Shown one piece after another: positions 58,388 through 64,000 of a DNA stretch of 64,000 nucleotides (position 1 is the first letter of the stretch; each line of letters opens with the position of its first letter). Position numbers and translations under genes: made by a program. The notes beneath the pieces are model-generated. The model saw nothing but the letters and a program-made list of their open reading frames with translations. It was not told where the DNA came from and made no database searches. Source of the stretch: Candidatus Omnitrophota bacterium (lineage in GTDB: Bacteria; Omnitrophota; Gorgyraeia; Duberdicusellales; 4484-171); assembly GCA_016935525.1 (NCBI GenBank), contig JAFGQU010000002.1, forward strand, positions 34,560 through 98,559, given 5' to 3'.

Positions 58388-58416
58388 ATTATACCACCCC
58401 TTAAAAGAAGTAACAA
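58388..58416 (-). promoter_or_regulatory. putative sigma70-like promoter (extended -10) in the only sizeable gap of the cluster
   Basis: On the minus strand: TTGTTA (plus 58411-58416), 17-nt spacer, TGgTATAAT (plus -10 at 58388-58393). It lies 93 nt upstream of the GT2-rSAM start. Confidence 0.3.
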
Positions 58417-58493
58417 CTCAAGGACCTTTTAGTCTTTTTATTGCCTTTTCCCTCAATACCTTTTGCCTCAAGGGACTTCCGTTTCTGGATACA

Positions 58494-61223
58494 TCATTCA
58501 TCAATGACAATATTCCCTTCACAAAGGAGGTATTGCCCGAGCTCATTGAATTTCTGCCCTTCTTCATTAAACCGCAAAATCCTTCCACGATGATAAAGAT
58601 CGGAATTTACTATACAAAACTTTCCCAAAGAAGACGTGAGGGACGAAGAAACCTTTATCGGAGGGAAGTGCTGCCGCCGGGGGCCGTTGACACGAGTAAC
58701 CCCTGATTGAAGATGGTCATATTCTCTGTTGTCTACACAAGCGATGATATCCCATTCATCATCGATTTCTCCACGAAAATCGGGAAAAATCCCCATCCGT
58801 GTGCCGAGATCCCATGTATCATATTCTTCTGAAAGCATAAGATTAGCCTGGATCCGGTCAAAAGCCACCGGCTTATCGATAAAAAGATATATTTGAAAAA
58901 TAATATTATTACTGTTTTCCAATCTCAAACGCCACAATTGCCGCAAAGGTAAAGGCGACCAGTCACCTTCACACATAAGACCTTCAGAGTCCTTTTTTAA
59001 GGTCCAGCGGGCATACGCACAAGAATCGTACCATCTTCCCTGTAATCGCAATGAAGAATAAAATCCTAACTTTTTTGTTAATTTCTGCCCCTGCCAATAG
59101 ATCTGACCCGCGCCTCCTTCAAATATGAACTTCAGGTCTTGCTGCTGTAACGTCCCCGAAGGACCAGTTTCCGACGGAGGAGTATGGCCCGGGAAACAGA
59201 CCGATACGTTAAAATCCTGTTCTTGTTCAACCGATGATGCGCACACGGATTCACCCATGCGATAGAAATTTATCACCCGTTTTTTCCGATAGCGATCACC
59301 GTTAAAGATCTTCGCAAAAGTATCTTTCCCGGCTACGTTCTCCAAATGGACAGGCAGGTATTCTTTTTGCCGGCTATAAAGTCCTATCGACCCTTGAGAA
59401 ATACACCGCTGAAGCACATCTACTTCAAAATCACAAAATTCCTCAGGGAACGCTTTCCTCCCGTAATCAGTCTGGAATTGTTGATAGGTATCGGAAAAAT
59501 AGAATCGTAAATCCTGTTCCTGAATGCGTATCTGACGAGGATTTTCTGTTTTTACCTTCAAGGAAAACGAATCCTTACCGGTCAATTCGATACGCCAGCG
59601 CTGGCGTATCGATAGATCCGGCCAATCACCGATAGCGATAATCCTTCCCTGAGCATCTTTTTCTACTTTCCAAAAAGCACGGGATGAATAATATTCTCTT
59701 GTTTCTACAGTCAGAAAAGAGTTTATTTTACCTACCATGATTTTCTGAAAAGAATTTATAAAGATCGAACATTCCCCCTGGGTAAATACTATCTGCATAT
59801 CCTGATTGTTGAGGATCGAATGTTCATAGGTATTTTTAAGATATGCGTCTGCCTTATCTTTTCCGACGATGATTTTTCCTGAAAAAAACAGCGCCCTTTG
59901 AGCCTGAGTATGCGAATAGTTATGGATATGCGCCAGTTTATATTGGGCTACCCGGCAGCGCAGAGAATAGTCGGTATTATAGATCTGGCTGGTCGCTACC
60001 GGGGTAGCATCATTTTGCGTAACAAGACAAGCCGGGACGGGATTATCGCCTGGCGATGATCCCGGATATACCGCGATGCATTGATGTTCCGAATGCCAGT
60101 TCAATAACGGACGCCAGTTTTTATCTTCAAGGGAAATATCAGGAAACTTTTTACCGTCAAAAGGGGTCCGCCAGCACACATATTCTTCGCTCAACATTAC
60201 ATTAAAATATCCTTCATCCAGATCGATAGTCTGGGCGCTTTCTATTTCAATATCGATATGGATCGCCTCATCCCGGTCAATCCATATATTCCAGACCTGG
60301 GTCAGATCCAACCGCAGCAATTCTCCGCCGGCAATGATTCTTTCGTCATCCTGGCTTACAATATGCCAGTCCCCCTGGGTGGAAGCCGACCATGTATCCT
60401 GCTGATGCATGACCGTATAAACCCCTTCATGAGGAGTAAGTAATGTCTCCCGGTGATATATAAAAAGTTTCCCGTTATTGAAAATAATCTTTACATCTCC
60501 CTTCTCGAAGACGGCGATACCTTGTTTTTCTCCGATCATCTTAGAATAAAGCGGAATGATCTTCTTTCTCGATCCGTCGGCGACTAACCTTCCGTTCTTA
60601 AGAAAAATCACCCGGTCACAAAGCTTAGAAAGTATACTCATGTCATGGGTTACAAAAAACATGGTTTTCCCGGACTCTTTGAGCTCGATGATCTTCTTTA
60701 TGCATTTCCTTTGAAAATATTCGTCGCCCACCGAAAGGGTATCATCGATAAGTACGATCTCCGCCGGAATATGTACCGCCAGAGAAAAAGCCAAGCGGAC
60801 GAACATCCCTTGAGAATAAGATCTAATCGGCGCATCGATGAACCGCCCTAAATCGGCAAAGGCGACAATGACATCATAAAGTCTGCCGATTTTTTCCTGT
60901 GATAAACCGTACAAACCGGCAATAGTAAGGATATTCTGATGTCCGGTCATCTCGGTTTCAAATCCCGCGCCAAATTCCAATAGCCCGGTCACTTTCCCGG
61001 TTACGTATATAGTACCCCTATCGGGGACCAACATGCCGGCAATGACTTTCAAAAGCGTCGATTTCCCTGAGCCGTTCTCACCGATCACCCCGACGGTCTC
61101 TCCGGGAATGACCGAGAAACTAATATCCCGCAATGCCCAAAAGTTTTCCCAGATGATTTTGGACCCCTTAATAAACTTCACCTTATACATTTCCCAGATA
61201 TTATTCGCGCGGATTATTTCCAT
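58494..61223 (-). CDS. ABC transporter ATP-binding protein of the Wzt/TagH polysaccharide-exporter type with ~650-aa repeated C-terminal extension
   Basis: Walker A GENGSGKST, signature YSQGMFVRLAFS, Walker B EIVLIDDTLSVGDE. The start is reset to MEIIRANN (61223), just after the permease stop. The C-terminal region holds three copies plus a truncated fourth of a ~125-aa module; each copy has GDW...L...W and two copies end in MLSEEY..W. Confidence 0.75.
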   Translation of the reverse strand: MEIIRANNIWEMYKVKFIKGSKIIWENFWALRDISFSVIPGETVGVIGENGSGKSTLLKVIAGMLVPDRGTIYVTGKVTGLLEFGAGFETEMTGHQNILTIAGLYGLSQEKIGRLYDVIVAFADLGRFIDAPIRSYSQGMFVRLAFSLAVHIPAEIVLIDDTLSVGDEYFQRKCIKKIIELKESGKTMFFVTHDMSILSKLCDRVIFLKNGRLVADGSRKKIIPLYSKMIGEKQGIAVFEKGDVKIIFNNGKLFIYHRETLLTPHEGVYTVMHQQDTWSASTQGDWHIVSQDDERIIAGGELLRLDLTQVWNIWIDRDEAIHIDIEIESAQTIDLDEGYFNVMLSEEYVCWRTPFDGKKFPDISLEDKNWRPLLNWHSEHQCIAVYPGSSPGDNPVPACLVTQNDATPVATSQIYNTDYSLRCRVAQYKLAHIHNYSHTQAQRALFFSGKIIVGKDKADAYLKNTYEHSILNNQDMQIVFTQGECSIFINSFQKIMVGKINSFLTVETREYYSSRAFWKVEKDAQGRIIAIGDWPDLSIRQRWRIELTGKDSFSLKVKTENPRQIRIQEQDLRFYFSDTYQQFQTDYGRKAFPEEFCDFEVDVLQRCISQGSIGLYSRQKEYLPVHLENVAGKDTFAKIFNGDRYRKKRVINFYRMGESVCASSVEQEQDFNVSVCFPGHTPPSETGPSGTLQQQDLKFIFEGGAGQIYWQGQKLTKKLGFYSSLRLQGRWYDSCAYARWTLKKDSEGLMCEGDWSPLPLRQLWRLRLENSNNIIFQIYLFIDKPVAFDRIQANLMLSEEYDTWDLGTRMGIFPDFRGEIDDEWDIIACVDNREYDHLQSGVTRVNGPRRQHFPPIKVSSSLTSSLGKFCIVNSDLYHRGRILRFNEEGQKFNELGQYLLCEGNIVIDE

Positions 61224-61230
61224 TCTATTC

Positions 61231-62013
61231 TTATAGTTCTTTGAGAAAATATTTCTTTCTGGAAAGAAAAAAAAGATACCCCGCTCCGAATGTGACCAGC
61301 CCCAGGAAAATCGCAACACCCCACAGATGAGCACCGGGAAATTGTCCGAACAAAAGGATATCGCGATATATACGGATATAAAAAACCATGGCATTACAAT
61401 TATACATCCATCGAACTGGATCGGGGACCATATCGATCGAATAGAATATCGGCGTGATCCAAAACCAGAATAACAATATTGTCCCCAAAAGGTGAGAAAG
61501 GTCTCTCACAAACACGTTCACGCAGGCGACCACAAGGCCAAGTCCGGCTACGAAAAACAGATGGGCCAGAAGGACCAACGGCAACCCGAGTAAAGTTTTG
61601 GTTACCTGTATATTAAACAGACAGAATATCGGGATAATAAAAATAAGCCCAAAGACAAAATTGATGAAATTCGCACATACTACCGAAAGCGGGATAAATT
61701 CCACGGGAAGATTATACTGACGTAAAAGCTGCGCTTTTTGGATTATTGATACTGAAGATTCCGATAACGATACTGAGAAGAAAAACCAGGGGAGCAAACC
61801 GGCTAATGAAAACAAAGAAAAATTCTCAATATTTACTTTTATGATCTTGGTAAAGATAAACGTCACGGTCGCCATGATCAGCAAAGGAGTGACTACCGAC
61901 CACCATACCCCTAACAGCGAACCGATATACTTGGTCTTCAGTTCTTTTTTTATCAGACTCCACAAAATATGTCTCTGCGAGATCAATACGTTCATACCTA
62001 CCGGAGTGGTCAT
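61231..62013 (-). CDS. ABC-2 type transporter permease (Wzm/TagG-like)
   Basis: 260 aa and six predicted TM helices. The N-terminal cytoplasmic KKELKTKYIGSLLGVWWSVVTPL block is typical of ABC-2 permeases. It overlaps the upstream gene by 4 nt and precedes the ATPase. Confidence 0.7.
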   Translation of the reverse strand: MTTPVGMNVLISQRHILWSLIKKELKTKYIGSLLGVWWSVVTPLLIMATVTFIFTKIIKVNIENFSLFSLAGLLPWFFFSVSLSESSVSIIQKAQLLRQYNLPVEFIPLSVVCANFINFVFGLIFIIPIFCLFNIQVTKTLLGLPLVLLAHLFFVAGLGLVVACVNVFVRDLSHLLGTILLFWFWITPIFYSIDMVPDPVRWMYNCNAMVFYIRIYRDILLFGQFPGAHLWGVAIFLGLVTFGAGYLFFLSRKKYFLKEL

Positions 62014-63353
62014 CGATGCGCCAATAAAGCTGCCGTACGTTCGGCTTCCAAAATCACATCTTCCATCGACATATATTGCCAGCCGCCAAAACGCCCCACC
62101 GGGAAGATATGGTAGGCATGTAAGTATTTCAAAATATTACTCCTGGCGGTTTTCCACTCGAAATCATAAAGAGGATACGCAAAGGGTATATCGTTTACAT
62201 GGATTGTCTCGATCGCGTGCGGCGAAGAGATGATCTTCGCTTTCATTAAATCGTCTATCGCCTGCTTTTCTATTTTCTTATCCAGAGGCTTCCCTTTAGA
62301 ATATGAGACTTCCACATAGAGCGATCTCTTTCCCGGAGGGACCAAAGAAGGAGAAAACCGGTCAAAACATCCCACTCGAAAGAAAGAATGCGCGTGTTCC
62401 GGAAAATACATCCAATGATGATCAAAATTGACCGGTTGAGCAAGCCCTAAATTTATATTATATATCGAAGTCCACCTTAATTTTTTAAAGTCATCACGGA
62501 CCGTATCGGGTAACCCGGCGATTACGTTCGCCAAAAGGGGCAACGGCATAGTAGAAACCAGCCGGTCATACTGCTGGGAGGACCCGTGAGAAAACCAGAT
62601 ACGTCTTGTGACCGGATCGATTCTCACGACTTCATGTTCGGTATGCATAGATTGATTACCGCGGGTAAAAGACTTGATCAACTGCTCAATCCCTCCGGAA
62701 GAAGGGTACCAGAAAAAAGAATGGTAACCTAACCTTCTTTTTTCTTCTCTTTGAATCCGGGCCCGGACTTGCCTGAGGGTAGGTACGACGATAAAATCAT
62801 TCACCCACTCACAGGAAAGTTCTTCTAAAGAAACCGTCCAGAATTTTTCATTATAAGGTTTCATGAAGTATTCGGTGATCGCCCGGCCGAAATGACAATG
62901 ACTCCATTGAGCAAAATTCTCCGGATGATCGCTCGGTATTCTCTTTTTTGCTTGAATAAAGCCTTCAAGACACGCAGCACGTACCTGTGGCGGCAACCCA
63001 TGGAGATTTGCCTGAAAAGGATAACGGATATGTGTATTGAATATAGAGACCGAAGCATCGCGTCGATGGCGGGTCAGATCCTTCCCCATAAGAGAATGAA
63101 GTAACGTGAATACTTCCGGACGTCTAAAATGCAGTAAATGGCCGCAATAATCAAACGTATACCCGTTGATATGCGTGGAACGACAAAGCCCGCCTATATT
63201 TTTTTCTTTTTCATATACTGGCGCGGTAATACCGGATCCTCTCAAGAAAAAGGCAGTCGCAATCCCGGAGAGACCCGCGCCAATAATGATGATTTTTCCA
63301 CCCGGAAGGGAATCCTGGGCGCGATGGATTAAGGAATGCGTCTCTGTGGACAT
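62010..63353 (-). CDS. FAD-dependent oxidoreductase of the UDP-galactopyranose mutase / amine-oxidase fold (Glf-like)
   Basis: KIIIIGAGLSGIATAFFL Rossmann GxGxxG, EKEKNIGGLCRS and GHLLHF blocks resemble UDP-galactopyranose mutase; 447 aa. Confidence 0.5.
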   Translation of the reverse strand: MSTETHSLIHRAQDSLPGGKIIIIGAGLSGIATAFFLRGSGITAPVYEKEKNIGGLCRSTHINGYTFDYCGHLLHFRRPEVFTLLHSLMGKDLTRHRRDASVSIFNTHIRYPFQANLHGLPPQVRAACLEGFIQAKKRIPSDHPENFAQWSHCHFGRAITEYFMKPYNEKFWTVSLEELSCEWVNDFIVVPTLRQVRARIQREEKRRLGYHSFFWYPSSGGIEQLIKSFTRGNQSMHTEHEVVRIDPVTRRIWFSHGSSQQYDRLVSTMPLPLLANVIAGLPDTVRDDFKKLRWTSIYNINLGLAQPVNFDHHWMYFPEHAHSFFRVGCFDRFSPSLVPPGKRSLYVEVSYSKGKPLDKKIEKQAIDDLMKAKIISSPHAIETIHVNDIPFAYPLYDFEWKTARSNILKYLHAYHIFPVGRFGGWQYMSMEDVILEAERTAALLAHR

Positions 63354-63563
63354 CTTTCAATTATAGCAAATTTCTTATGTTTTTTCTAAAAAACTTCCGG
63401 TACCGATTATTGCCGTTTTTTATACATTTCTCCTTGCGAATTCATTTTTGGGTATTCGTCGGGGACAGAAGAGAAAGAATTATTTCTGTTTCCTCTTGTG
63501 CGATAAGGACCTAAGAATAAAATCTTTAAGGGGCGTATCGGGAAGCTCTTCCCTGACCTTTTA

Positions 63564-63950
63564 TTATTCGTGAGAAAAAAGGATATACTGCGGCTTTTCC
63601 CAATAGATTCTCAAGTTAATATCGGTGATATCCGAATTCCCCACCTGAATCGGAGGGCATTGGGGAGGACCTGACTCCTGACGGGATGCGCAGAATGTAC
63701 ATGCTCCCAGCCCGGCCGGGACTTCCATTCTGAAAGGAGCTCTTTCTTGAAAGTCTTTAAGAAAAATCTTTTGAATCTTGCGGGGTTCAGCCCCTTCGCA
63801 GACGAGACTGAGATATACCGGGCCTTGATAAAACTCGCTGGCGTCCCATATGACCCCCGAAAGCGTCACGGTCTTTTCCCCCTGATGATCAGCCATATAG
63901 TAGCTATCGGGTTTTAGTGCTATATCCAAGGTAGTATCTTTATTCTGCAC
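63564..63950 (-). CDS. hypothetical protein (GTG start in the track; the frame stays open to the window end, so it may be 5'-truncated)
   Basis: No recognisable motif. The codon at 63948-63950 is GTG. The minus-strand frame has no stop between 63951 and 64000. Confidence 0.3.
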   Translation of the reverse strand: MQNKDTTLDIALKPDSYYMADHQGEKTVTLSGVIWDASEFYQGPVYLSLVCEGAEPRKIQKIFLKDFQERAPFRMEVPAGLGACTFCASRQESGPPQCPPIQVGNSDITDINLRIYWEKPQYILFSHE

Positions 63951-64000
63951 CTCAAATTCTTTTATATTAAAACATTGATCTGGCCCCTGGGTAAACGTGC

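Noticed and set aside
27810-63353. Compositional (GC) island signature for the rSAM locus
   Set aside because: Spot counts by eye (~42 percent GC in some rSAM genes versus ~40-60 percent in housekeeping genes such as smc and gatA) are too variable to support a claim. It needs a computed sliding-window GC and codon-usage comparison.
63540-63553. Hairpin gggaag-ct-cttccc after the last gene as a rho-independent terminator
   Set aside because: The stem is only 6 bp with a 2-nt loop, and it is not followed by a T-tract on the coding (minus) strand.
1-64000. CRISPR arrays, rRNA genes, transposases and integrases
   Set aside because: No regularly spaced short repeats, no rRNA-like conserved stretches, and no ORF with DDE or tyrosine-recombinase motifs were seen on either strand.

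Overview
This 64-kb bacterial window is coded almost entirely on the minus strand. The first ~27 kb hold ordinary housekeeping genes (tsaD, an S41 C-terminal protease, gatC-gatA-gatB, rpoD, dnaG, smc, etfB-etfA with a ferredoxin-fused EtfA, purC, GTP-type pckG, tRNA-Met and tRNA-Leu). The same stretch also has a GAF-GGDEF cyclase, a bactofilin-HTH fusion, a LysW-like zinc ribbon and, at the window start, a B12-binding radical SAM gene next to an SGNH hydrolase. From ~27.8 kb to ~63.4 kb, beginning right after tRNA-Leu and a repeat-bounded noncoding stretch, lies a ~36-kb co-directional, tightly packed super-locus. It contains 20 radical SAM domains in 18 genes: 16 SPASM/twitch-like CX3CX2C domains (including one tandem double-domain protein and one family-2 glycosyltransferase (GT2)-radical SAM fusion) and 4 B12-binding class-B radical SAM genes. 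It also carries three GT2 glycosyltransferases (one of them the fusion), an AsnB-like amidotransferase, a class I SAM methyltransferase, a TPR lipoprotein, a UDP-galactopyranose-mutase-like flavoenzyme and a Wzm/Wzt-type ABC exporter whose ATPase has a triplicated C-terminal module. No precursor-peptide-like ORF is evident. I interpret it as a candidate radical-SAM-driven glycan/glycolipid tailoring and export system that I do not recognise as described. All calls rest on motifs read by eye; no database search was possible.
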